Part shown: one piece after another, positions 47,730-59,128 of the stretch
Numbering within the stretch: the stretch's first letter is position 1
How the letters are laid out: every line of letters begins with the position of its first letter
The notes under the pieces: generated by a model
What the model was told of the DNA's origin: nothing
Databases searched by the model: none
The model's input: the letters and a program-made list of their open reading frames with translations, nothing else
Origin: Owenia fusiformis
Lineage: Eukaryota
NCBI GenBank assembly: GCA_903813345.2
Contig: CAIIXF020000001.1
Location: 32,116,001 to 32,180,000, forward strand
Length of the DNA stretch: 64,000 bases
Reading direction: 5' to 3'
Position numbers and translations under genes: made by a program

Positions 47730-50700
47730 AAAATATGCTTTTTATTTGAAGCTTCTACTGTCTAGCTCAATTTTGAATCATGTTACATACATTTTTGCAA
47801 ACTCAAAACAAATCTAACACGTTTTCTCATAATCTAATTATGTTATATGTTCGTATTTTTCGTTTTTTGGGTACCCGTTTTTTTTGACCGGGTACCAAGT
47901 TTGAACCCAGCATGGAGGATTTACTACCCGGTACCCGATTTTTTATACAAACCCTTTCTAGATATCAGCGTCCATTTATTGTAACTCGCGTTTGCTAACA
48001 TTTGCTCAGTTCTGAGATGAAGGCCACACGGGTAGAAAAAAGGCCAACGTTGGAACTATTTGTGACCTAAATCCCTATTTTCGTAATTAAAATGAAAGTT
48101 GAACCCTTCCCCTTTATTTTGATACCAAACAACAGCATGCTAGGTACTTAAAATTAGGTAAACTTTACTCCTCAAAAGTGCAAAAACTTAGCTTCTTATA
48201 TTAGATAAGATAATCAAAATATAGGGGATTGCAACAATTTCGGAAATTCGCGGAGGTCAAAGCCACATTTTGCGGGACTTCGCGGGACAATGCGGGACAC
48301 GCGAATTAGCCTAATTTTGATCAAATTCGCGGGATAATCCCGCCATTTGCGGGACACTTGACAGCTCTGGAAATAAGCTGTTTGTCTGGAGATGGTACAA
48401 TTTCACACTGGATTCTAGCTTAACGAGAGGGAATTGAGATGGGGCATGTATCTGAGATGAAAGCCTGTGTTTCAAATAGTAAAATTCCATGTCTATCTCA
48501 ATTTTTTTGAAAATGGCAGTTAGTACAAAGTTATTCTCACGTGACGACATATACAATACTATTAGGCTGAACTGACTGACATATCTTGAATTTTTCACTC
48601 ACTTGTACAAGGGGTCATCCAAAAGTAAGGTGACTGTAGATGGAAGGGAACAATGAATGTGACATAAATGGTCTTTATATATTTTTTCTATACATATCTG
48701 ATTTACAGATTTTACGTAATATTACAAAACTGGTGTCCTATAAGCTGGTATCAGCTGGAAACAATGCATTTAAAAGACATTTAAAGAAAAAGACATTTAA
48801 AGATCAATCCTTGTGACACAGAAATAAATTATATTAAACAGAACTGTGTCCGCCATTTCAACATTTTTAAGCAATTCCCATGAATTTTTTTCAAAATGTG
48901 TACTATCTATTTTTACAAGGTAACTCAATATCCTATTCTGACTTATAGGCCTTTTGGGAATAGGCCCATTGGGTTTTTATTTTGCATGGGCATTTATTTG
49001 AAGTCCTCGAAATGAATGACCATGGGCATCAGCCTTTATAACGAGGGAAAATTCCTTTTTTAAGCCACTGAACATTTATTTCGAGGGATATTATCGATAG
49101 TAAAGTTTATACCTGGTCTTTATACTAAATGCAATAGTCTCATAAATATTGACCGAAAAAGACCTTTTCCCATAAAATTGTCGCTTTATTTCAAATTAAC
49201 CCTAATTCTTTGTTTGTCATTTCTGTTTCTTTTGACCACTGGTAGCAAGCCAATGGTGAGGGAAGAAAATGTAAAATAAATGGTGTCATATTTTTATTTC
49301 CAAAAAACAGCACGAACAACAGTAATCACTAATTACCATGAATATTAGGTTGTTGCAATTTTGGTGCATAATCTTGAATCCTTTTCTAAAACATTTGGCC
49401 AACACTGGGTGTTAAAGGGTCTCAGAAGTTTTTTTACTTATAGTGTATAATTTGACCGTACGCTAATAATTTGACCTCAACTACTGTGATAATACATGTA
49501 TATATAATTTTTGTTACATTTCCCTTAATTATCCCAACGAACAAAGATGGTAGGGATAAAGTGAAGCCCTCCATCTGTCAGTATCTATATATTACAAGAA
49601 GTCCGTCTGCCCGTCCGTCTGTCCGGAAGATAACTGAAATACTAGTAGATGGGTTTGCTTCAAAATTGGTGGAAAGATGTAGGCCCGTAGCCAGGATTTG
49701 CCAAAGGGGGGGGGGCATTTTTTTAAAATTTCCAGGGGGGGTTCACATTTGACAATTTTGGCAGATTTTGGTAGATGGTAAATATTACATTGTGAAAAGT
49801 GTTCGTTGGGATATGTTACTCTGTGGAGTTGCCGTTTTCTAGTTATTGAACTGTTCCATGTTTGATGTGTTCATCTTATAGGTGAGGAGTGAAATTCTCA
49901 ATTGTGCAATTTAAAGGAGATTAATAGTTCAGAGTATATAAGGACGTGTCATACCTTAATCTCTTCGTTTATATATGCCTTCAGTGAAAAAAAAAAAATT
50001 TTAAATCATAATGAGGGACAATGATGTTTTAGACGCCCGTTTCCATGGCAACTGAATTTCACCACTGTTAATGAGGACTATTTCTATTATTAGAGATATC
50101 TCTGTCATTTTTTATCCGATTTTGATGATATTAACGCCAAATGAAAGCTTAAGGAATAAAGTTTATGATTGGTTCAAAATTATGCAAATTAGCTCATTTG
50201 CATATCAACTGTGACGTCATAACCATAATTTATATCTAATTATTGATGTTTTTTAATACTACATGGAATATAAACTGCTATTTAATTAAACTGTCATGGT
50301 AGAGTTATAATATTTCACTATAAAGCAGTTCTAGGATATCATAGCTTCCCAATGATATATAATATGAGGCTTATTAGCTTAAATTAATACAATTATGGCA
50401 TTCTCAAGTTGCATATTCAAAATTCAAAATGTATACAAATTATACCGTAAATGCAATGAAAAATGTTAAATGAAAAATATAGTTTCTGTATGAATTTAAT
50501 TTAATTTTAATGTATGAATTTAATTTGTGGTTTTTAATTTATAATGTAAGTACCAAATGAGAGCTACTACTCTTGATGCCTGTTTATAAATCATTAAAAA
50601 TGATCATGATTGAAACACTCGTTTCCATGGCAACCATATTTCTTTAATATTAAATATATTCTTGCTTTTAAGTTGCTTAGTAATCACATTTTAATCATAT

Positions 50701-51321
50701 TGAAACCAAGTGAAAGCTAATCAAAAAAGGAATCTTTTTTTGTTTGTTTTTGTTTTGTTGTTCTGTTGTTGCCAAGACAACAATCAATAATACTGGTGAC
50801 ATCACAAACAAACTGCAAATCATGCATGACTTCAGACTCAGGTTTTTAGGTTCACTGGCTGCAGAAGGGAAATGTTTCACCAGGATATTTTTCTTATTAA
50901 AAGTAAGCTATTTTGTTCATACTCTTTTGATTAAGTAATTTATTCTTTTTAAAATGTTCATTTATAAACTGTTAAAATATAGAGGCCAAAGTATCAAAGG
51001 ATAATATATTTAAAGAAAATATTGATGAACCAACAACATAGAGTATTTCCCTTTTAATTTTCTTCTTCCTGTTTGATAGGATTTGTCATACTTTGTTATC
51101 AAGTCATAACTAGAATGCCTATTTGAAAGACAACAGAATCTTGTTCTGATGAATCTTGTTATTACTGATTTATTCATCTTTCAGATCCAACTACGTCCCC
51201 AGCACTCCCAATGCCTGTAACCTGGTAACGTATGAATGAAAATGAGTTTAAAATTCATTAACAATGAAAGATATGACTCGAATCTATAGTAACATTATAA
51301 TATCCTATTGAAATCGCAAAT

Positions 51322-54300
51322 ATGGACACGAACTATCGCACCCCCTTGAGGGCAATGAAGCGATGCCACTATGATTCGCAAGAAAACATACCTCTTAAAA
51401 GGAAAAGATTGAGAACACATCTTCAGACTGATTTTTCGAAATGCATATTTTGTCAAAAAAGAAAATATAAAGGCAGCAGTACCACTCACAGGATTGAAGA
51501 TGATAAATCTGGCCAAACTATTAAGGATACAGCTGTCATGAGAAATGATGAAGCAATGATGTTCAGAGTCTTAGATGTTGATCTTGTCCACAATAAAGCT
51601 TGCTATCATAGCAATTGCAGATCAAGTTATGTCGCCAGGAGAAATCTGCAGTTTTTGGGAAAGAAAGAAGAAGGAGAAGAAAATAATGATATTCACAAAG
51701 GTTCCTTTGAAGAACTTTTAAAAGACATTAATCAGCGATTGATGAATGACAGCGAAGTCTTCAAAATGACTGATCTAGTGAATAAATATCAATCATATCT
51801 CCCGGATGAGTCACATAGTTATAGCTCCTCAAATTTATACAGAAAACTAAAGAAACACTATGGAGATGAAATAGTTATCCAAACGAGACAAGGCCAAGGT
51901 ATGACTTCAATAGTCAGAAAAAGAGATGTAGATATTTTGAAAGCATTCAATAATTTGAAACTAGAAGAATCTGAGGCCATTACAGAAAACACGAAAATGT
52001 CAAATCTTCCAGATTCCGCTATTACTGAACACAAGCGAAAGTGTAGTGTTATACACGAGGCTGTGGCATTGATAAGAGAAGAAGCACAGATATACACAAC
52101 CATCGATGTCTTTCCCACTGTAGACCAGATGAAAATGGACAAAGTTGAAGAAAATCTACCACCACTTCTTAAAACAATGATGCTCTGGCTTGCTGATCCA
52201 AAAGCTCACACTTTGAAATCAAATGATTGCACCAACCATGTATTGAAGCGCAAAGCTTTAACATTCGCTGAATGTCTCCTTTCAAACATGCGCAAAAGCA
52301 ACATAACTCCATTTACTCTAGGCCTAGCTGTACAGCTACATCATACTTATGGCAGGAAGGAACTCATTGATAACCTGCATTCTCATGGATTTTGTGTGAG
52401 CTATGATACCTTACGCCGCTTCTCGACTGCTATAGCGCAGCATGAATCAGATCAAATGACAGATGGAGTGTATGTCCCACCAAATATAAAACCAGTGTCA
52501 GATGGGGGAAATATTATACATGAGGGTGATGACAACATAGATATAAATGCGGAGACCATTGATGGAAAAAATTCCTTCCACTCAATGGCCAGGGTAGTAT
52601 TTCAAGATCAAGATCCAAATGATGCTTTTGAACACATCACAATGAAAATAAATCCATCATCCGCAAGAGCCTTGGCTGTTGATGATAAGAAAAAGTCTGA
52701 TCTGACTTTGCCTTTGCCATATACAAAGCCTATTACCCGACCAAGCCCTCCAAAATATCCAGAAGCCAAAGTTTCCATCAGAACAATGATAGAGAAACCA
52801 AACTATAATTCACTGTCATCTGATATAGGGTGGATACTGCTACGCATGGGGTGCAGAGGAGCTTTGCCTATGATAAATACTATTCATGAAGCTCAAATTA
52901 TCCCTTTGTGGACTGGATACAATCACATGGTTGCAGCAAAGGAACAAACTATCACTGCAACTGCTTATCCACCAATCATAGATGCCCCTCCTTCCAATAT
53001 TGGAACGGTTTTTACGACTATGACAAAAAGCAAGGAAATGATGAATCATCTTGGGCAGCCGTATACTATACAAACATTTGATCAACAGTTGTATAAGTTA
53101 GCCTTACAGGTTAAGTGGGATAAAACAGAGTTTGAAAACAGCATTATTAGACTAGGTGGCTTTCACATGATGTGTTGTTTTATCTCTTGCATTGGAAAGA
53201 TATGGGGTGACTCTGGGCTCAGGGATATCCTTGTCGAATCTGGAGTTTACGCAGCAAATACTGTAGATCAAATGCTACAGGGAAAGCAGTTTAAGAGGGC
53301 TTTACGAGGGATAGTACTGACATATGAAGCAGTGATGCAAACATTTCTTCTATCTTTCATTAAATGGTGTGAGGAAAATGATAATGTATCTGAAATCTGG
53401 ACTCATATTGATGATTGTGTCAGTGCACATACAGAGGGTGGTGAGGCGATGAAAACCTCCAGAGAAGAATTTGAGAAAAGGATTAAAGATAAACTGCTTC
53501 CACAACTGAATGAATACAAAGAATGGGGCTGCAACCAATCACCAACATTTTCTTTTTGGATAATGTTCCTAGAAGCTTGTGAAACCGTTCTTGAAAACCT
53601 AAGAGCGGAAAGAGGTGGTGATTGGGATATGCATCTGACAAGTGTGGCTAGGATGTTACCATACTTTTTTGGAGCAAACAAGACAAATTATGCCAGGTGG
53701 TCTCCAATCTACATCCTTGATATGATGAACCTACCAGAAGCTGTTCAAAGTGCATTTGAAGAAGGAAAATTTTCCATCCGCAAAACAAGTCATGGGTTTA
53801 ATGGAATTTGGTCAGATATGGGGACAGAAACCACTGTAATTAAAGATGCAAAGGGAGATGGGGGCATAGTTGGTCTCACAAGCAAACCACAAACAATGAT
53901 CAGATGGAGCCTAACTAGGCATATATTCAGCAGGATATCATCTACTTTTAAAGATAGATGCAGTGAATCTTCAAATGAGCACATACATCATCCACAAGAG
54001 TGCCATTCTAATTTGATGCGTGACGAAGATGATGTCAAGCTAATCCAAGATCATATAGAGAACAGAATGACTAATCCATTTGATGTACATAGTCATCCTA
54101 ATGTTCTCCTTAACATATCAACGGGTGTTCATGCAAGTGAAGATGTACAACGTTCACTCTTATCTGTTATCAAATCTGGTTCGATGAAAATGTATCAGTT
54201 TGTATCCTCAGCTCTTGAGGAACAATCAACCAATTTCTACCAGACGATAAAACAAAACAAACTTGTAACATTTTGTGACATGCACCCAAAATCCAAGGTT

Positions 54301-55830
54301 AAAACAAGGACAGAGACTGTGGCTGTTGCAATAGGTGCTGAAACCATCTTCCAAAGAGCATTAACAATTTGCGACAAAAGACCTCATGTTAACATAGATA
54401 CTATGCTAGAACATCCAATTACCATAACCCCTCCTGCAATATTCCATGATGATGGAAGCATGAGGAAGAATGTCAAGTCAGACCTTGTCAAGGTTTTGCA
54501 AGTCAATCAAACGACTATTTTCCCTTCCTCTGATCCAGATAACACATCATACATAATAGATGGAATGTGTGTTATACAGGCCATACAGGGAGACAAATTC
54601 AACAACTTTGATCAGATTGGGCAACACTTCCTTAATAAAATCATATGCTGGCTCAGACTAGCTAGCACTGTGATACTGGTGTTTGATAGGTATGATAAGG
54701 CTGACTCTCCAAAGGCTGAAGAGAGAAAAAGGAGAAAAATGGCTGGGCATGAAAAGATATATCAGGTTAAATCAGAGAGAATGGTACCAGACTGGAGAAA
54801 ATTTCTAAACGTTGATGACAACAAGGCCTGTATTGTGGACTTCATCACAAAATATGTTATGACCACTATACAAAAGCATTTGATTGGGTCACAAAAACTT
54901 TACATAGCAGGAGGACTCAAAGAAGAAGGTGAAACATGTGTGATGATTTCGAAACAACAGAAAAAGAGTATTGATGATCTAGCATCCTCACACGAAGAAG
55001 CTGACACACGAGTAATATTTCACCTCATGAAACTCGACGAAGAGGCAGACCCAGGAAACCATGAAGTAGTCATTAAATCTCTAGATACTGATGTTCTTGT
55101 TCTCGCAGTTTACTATTTCAAAAAACTGATCAACACACAAAAGATATGGATTGAAACTGGGAAAGCCACTGGGACAACTAACAACCACAGATTTATTCCT
55201 ATTCATTGTATTGTTGACCAAAGGGGGCACATGTTCTGTAGTCTACTACCAATGTTGCATGCCATGTCAGGATGTGACAGTACATCATCTTTCTATGGTC
55301 ATGGCAAAAAGGCTTTTGTAAAAACTATTGAAAAGGTAGGATGTGATAGCTTCGGTGGGATGAAGACTCTTGAAAAGGAAAACTTCATCGATGATGCAAG
55401 AAAAATAGTGGGGAAAATGTATGATCCCAAACAACACGATCCATTAAAACTAGACAATCTAGGAAAACTACGCGCTCATCTGTTGAAAACCTCAGTAAAA
55501 TACAAATCCCTACTCAAATTACCACCAAGTGAACCTGCATTTCGTCAACATGCACTGAGAGCCTTGTGGCAGAGTTTGCAATGGACACAATCACACAAAT
55601 CATATCCTGAACTTCCAGAAAGAATAGGGCATGGGTGGTCATTGGTGGAAGGGGATATTGTAACTACAAAGTTTGAAGGCCCCTCAGCTTCAGAAGTCAT
55701 TGAAGGATTTCTTTGCTCTTGCAAAGGGAAGGCCATATGCCTTAAAAATTGTGAATGTGCATCTAGTGGATGCACAATTCTATGCCCATGCCTCGGAGAA
55801 GCAGCTATTTGTAAAAATGTATATTCTTAA
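51322..55830 (+). CDS. Academ protein: transposase + XPG/FEN1-like nuclease + C-terminal Cys-rich zinc finger (1502 aa)
   Basis: DDNIDI..DGKNSFH, TFDQQLY, RLGGFH, DMGTETT. Nuclease motifs IIDG, VFDRY, HEEADTR, DTDV, SGCD. Terminal CSC..C..CEC..C..CPC..C. Size and order match the described Academ architecture. Confidence 0.85.
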   Translation: MDTNYRTPLRAMKRCHYDSQENIPLKRKRLRTHLQTDFSKCIFCQKRKYKGSSTTHRIEDDKSGQTIKDTAVMRNDEAMMFRVLDVDLVHNKACYHSNCRSSYVARRNLQFLGKKEEGEENNDIHKGSFEELLKDINQRLMNDSEVFKMTDLVNKYQSYLPDESHSYSSSNLYRKLKKHYGDEIVIQTRQGQGMTSIVRKRDVDILKAFNNLKLEESEAITENTKMSNLPDSAITEHKRKCSVIHEAVALIREEAQIYTTIDVFPTVDQMKMDKVEENLPPLLKTMMLWLADPKAHTLKSNDCTNHVLKRKALTFAECLLSNMRKSNITPFTLGLAVQLHHTYGRKELIDNLHSHGFCVSYDTLRRFSTAIAQHESDQMTDGVYVPPNIKPVSDGGNIIHEGDDNIDINAETIDGKNSFHSMARVVFQDQDPNDAFEHITMKINPSSARALAVDDKKKSDLTLPLPYTKPITRPSPPKYPEAKVSIRTMIEKPNYNSLSSDIGWILLRMGCRGALPMINTIHEAQIIPLWTGYNHMVAAKEQTITATAYPPIIDAPPSNIGTVFTTMTKSKEMMNHLGQPYTIQTFDQQLYKLALQVKWDKTEFENSIIRLGGFHMMCCFISCIGKIWGDSGLRDILVESGVYAANTVDQMLQGKQFKRALRGIVLTYEAVMQTFLLSFIKWCEENDNVSEIWTHIDDCVSAHTEGGEAMKTSREEFEKRIKDKLLPQLNEYKEWGCNQSPTFSFWIMFLEACETVLENLRAERGGDWDMHLTSVARMLPYFFGANKTNYARWSPIYILDMMNLPEAVQSAFEEGKFSIRKTSHGFNGIWSDMGTETTVIKDAKGDGGIVGLTSKPQTMIRWSLTRHIFSRISSTFKDRCSESSNEHIHHPQECHSNLMRDEDDVKLIQDHIENRMTNPFDVHSHPNVLLNISTGVHASEDVQRSLLSVIKSGSMKMYQFVSSALEEQSTNFYQTIKQNKLVTFCDMHPKSKVKTRTETVAVAIGAETIFQRALTICDKRPHVNIDTMLEHPITITPPAIFHDDGSMRKNVKSDLVKVLQVNQTTIFPSSDPDNTSYIIDGMCVIQAIQGDKFNNFDQIGQHFLNKIICWLRLASTVILVFDRYDKADSPKAEERKRRKMAGHEKIYQVKSERMVPDWRKFLNVDDNKACIVDFITKYVMTTIQKHLIGSQKLYIAGGLKEEGETCVMISKQQKKSIDDLASSHEEADTRVIFHLMKLDEEADPGNHEVVIKSLDTDVLVLAVYYFKKLINTQKIWIETGKATGTTNNHRFIPIHCIVDQRGHMFCSLLPMLHAMSGCDSTSSFYGHGKKAFVKTIEKVGCDSFGGMKTLEKENFIDDARKIVGKMYDPKQHDPLKLDNLGKLRAHLLKTSVKYKSLLKLPPSEPAFRQHALRALWQSLQWTQSHKSYPELPERIGHGWSLVEGDIVTTKFEGPSASEVIEGFLCSCKGKAICLKNCECASSGCTILCPCLGEAAICKNVYS

Positions 55831-55905
55831 ATTCAGAGATGAAATATTTATTTGGACACTGGTCAAATACTGAGTGCCTACACGATCTGTCTATGATAGA
55901 AAATT

Positions 55906-58900
55906 TGCCAATGCCTGAAGATATAACTGCTACCAGCTTTACCTATGAATTCAGTGCCAATGCCTGAAGACATAACTGCCACCATCTTACCTATGAATTC
56001 AGTGCCAATGCCTGAAGACATAACCGCTACCTTTTCTTCTTGTGAATTCAGTGCCAATGCCTGAAAACATAACTGCTACCAGCTTTACTTATGAGTTCAG
56101 TGCCAATGCCTGAAGACATAACTGCTACTAGCTTTACCTATGAGTTCAGTGCCAATGCCTGAAGACATAACTGCCACCATCTTTACCTATGAATTCAGTG
56201 CCAATGCCTGAAGACATAATCGCTACCGTTTCTACTTGTGAATTCAGTGCCAATGCCTGAAGACATAAATGCCACCATCTTTACCTATGAATTCAGTGCC
56301 AATGCCTGAAGAAATAACTGCTACCATCTCTACTTATGAATTCAGTGCCAATGCCTGAAGACATAACTGCTATCATCTCTACTTATGAGTTCAGTGCCAA
56401 TACCTGAAGACATAACTGCTACCAGCTTTACCTATGAGTTCAGTGCCAATGCCTGAAGACATAACTGCCACCATCTTTACCTATGAATTCAGTGCCAATG
56501 CCTGAAGACATAATCGCTACCGTCTCTACTTGTGAATTCAGTGCCAATGCCTGAAGACATAAATGCCACCATCTTTACCTATGAATTCAGTGCCAATGCC
56601 TGAGGAAATAACTGCTACCATCTCTACTTATGAATTCAGTGCCAATGCCTGAAGACATAACTGCTACCATCTCTACTTATGAATTCAGTGCCAATGCCTG
56701 AAGACATAACTGCCACCATCTTTACCTATGAATTCAGTGCCAATGCCTGAAGACATAACTGCTACCGTCTCTACTTGTGAATTCAGTGCCAATGCCTGAA
56801 GACATAAATGCCACCATATTTACCTATGAATTCAGTGCCAATGCCTGAAGACATAACTGCTACCATCTCTACTTATGAATTCAGTGCCAATGCCTGAAGA
56901 CATAACTGCTACCATCTCTACTTATGAATTCAGTGCCAATGCCTGAAGACATAACTGCTATCATCTCTACTTATGAGTTCAGTGCCAATGCCTGAAGACA
57001 TAACTGCTACCAGCTTTACCTATGAGTTCAGTGCCAATGCCTGAAGACATAACTGCCACCATCTTTACCTATGAATTCAGTGCCAATGCCTGAAGACATA
57101 ATCGCTACCGTCTCTACTTGTGAATTCAGTGCCAATGCCTGAAGACATAAATGCCACCATCTTTACCTATGAATTCAGTGCCAATGCCTGAAGACATAAC
57201 TGCTACCGTCTCTACTTGTGAATTCAGTGCCAATGCCTGAAGACATAAATGCCACCATATTTACCTACGAATTCAGTGCCAATGCCTGAAGACATAACTG
57301 CTACCATCTCTACTTATGAATTCAGTGCCAATGCCTGAAGACATAACTGCTACCATCTCTACTTATGAATTCAGTGCCAATGCCTGAAGACATAACTGCT
57401 ATCATCTCTACTTATGAGTTCAGTGCCAATGCCTGAAGACATAACTGCTACCAGCTTTACCTATGAGTTCAGTGCCAATGCCTGAAGACATAACTGCCAC
57501 CATCTTTACCTATGAATTCAGTGCCAATGCCTGAAGACATAATCGCTACCGTCTCTACTTGTGAATTCAGTGCCAATGCCTGAAGACATAAATGCCACCA
57601 TCTTTACCTATGAATTCAGTGCCAATGCCTGAGGAAATAACTGCTACCATCTCTACTTATGAATTCAGTGCCAATGCCTGAAGACATAACTGCTACCATC
57701 TCTACTTATGAATTCAGTGCCAATGCCTGAAGACATAACTGCCACCATCTTTACCTATGAATTCAGTGCCAATGCCTGAAGACATAACTGCTACCGTCTC
57801 TACTTGTGAATTCAGTGCCAATGCCTGAAGACATAAATGCCACCATATTTACCTATGAATTCAGTGCCAATGCCTGAAGACATAACTGCTACCATCTCTA
57901 CTTATGAATTCAGTGCCAATGCCTGAAGACATAACTGCTACCATCTCTACTTATGAATTCAGTGCCAATGCCTGAAGACATAACTGCCACCAGCTTTACC
58001 TATGAGTTCAGTGCCAATGCCTGAAGACATAACTGCCACCATCTTTACCTATGAATTCAGTGCCAATGCCTGAAGACATAATCGCTACCGTCTCTACTTG
58101 TGAATTCAGTGCCAATGCCTGAAGACATAAATGCCACCATCTTTACCTATGAATTCAGTGCCAATGCCTGAAGAAATAACTGCTACCATCTCTACTTATG
58201 AATTCAGTGCCAATGCCTGAAGGCATAACTCTTACCATCTCTACTTATGAATTCAGTGCCAATGCCTGAAGACATAACTGCCACCATCTTTACCTATGAA
58301 TTTAGTGCCAATGCCTGAAGACATAACCGCTACCGTCTCTACTTGTGAATTCAGTGCCAATGCCTGAAGACATAAATGCCACCATATTTACCTATGAATT
58401 CAGTGCCAAAGCCTGAAGACATAACCGCTACCGTCTCTACTTGTGAATTCAGTGCCAATGCCTGAAGACATAAATGCCACCATATTTACCTATGAATTCA
58501 GTGCCAATGCCTGAAGACATAACTGCTACCATCTCTACTTATGAATTCAGTGCCAATGCCTGAAGACATAACTGCCACCATCTTTACCTATGAATTCAGT
58601 GCCAATGCCTGAAGACATAACCGCTACCCTCTCTACTTGTGAATTCAGTGCCAATGCCTGAAGACATAAATGCCACCATCTTTACCTATGAATTCAGTGC
58701 CAATGCCTGAAGACATAACTGCTACCATCTCTACTTATGAATTCAGTGCCAATGCCTGAAGACATAACTGACACCATCTTTCAATTTGAATTCAGTGCCA
58801 ATCCCTGAAGACATAACTACTACCATGTTTAACTATGAATTCAGTGCCACTGCCTGAAGACATAACTACTACCATGTTTACCTATGAATTCAGTGCCATT

Positions 58901-59128
58901 GCCTGAAAACATAACTACTACCATCTTACCTATGAATTCAGTGCCAATGCCTGAAGACATAACTGCCACCATCTTTACCTATGAATTCAGTGCCAATGCC
59001 TGAAGACATAACCGCTACCGTCTCTACTTGTGAATTCAGTGCCAATGCCTGAAGACATAAATGCCACCATCTTTACCTATGATTTCAGTGCCAATGCCTG
59101 AAGACATAACTGCTACCACCTTTACTTA
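55906..59128. repeat. 49-bp tandem array (about 65 units) with higher-order structure inside the Academ 3' region
   Basis: Unit gaattcagtgccaatgcctgaagacataa plus 20 variable nt. Period 49 read directly (56641, 56690). Confidence 0.97.

Larger units (their letters stand above)
45815..47956. mobile_element. Foldback element (agggtttgtataaaa..ttttatacaaaccct) with two insertions in its right arm
   Basis: 45816-46128 is inverted to 46356-46461 plus 47730-47955. No clear TSD. Confidence 0.75.
45074..48369. mobile_element. CAG..CTG TIR element with 7-bp TSD GAAATAA and subterminal gcgggaca repeats (P- or hAT-like)
   Basis: GAAATAA at 45067-45073 and 48370-48376. Removing it restores the arm seen at 42939-42960. 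Confidence 0.8.
42939..48382. mobile_element. Outer inverted-repeat element interrupted in its right arm
   Basis: 42939-43095 is inverted to 44908-45073 plus 48377-48382. Confidence 0.65.

Noticed and set aside
51858..55775. Short antisense ORFs within the Academ ORF
   Set aside because: Expected shadows of a long coding frame.
55906..59128. CRISPR array
   Set aside because: Eukaryotic context, no cas genes, and the variable segments are point variants of one sequence rather than unique spacers.
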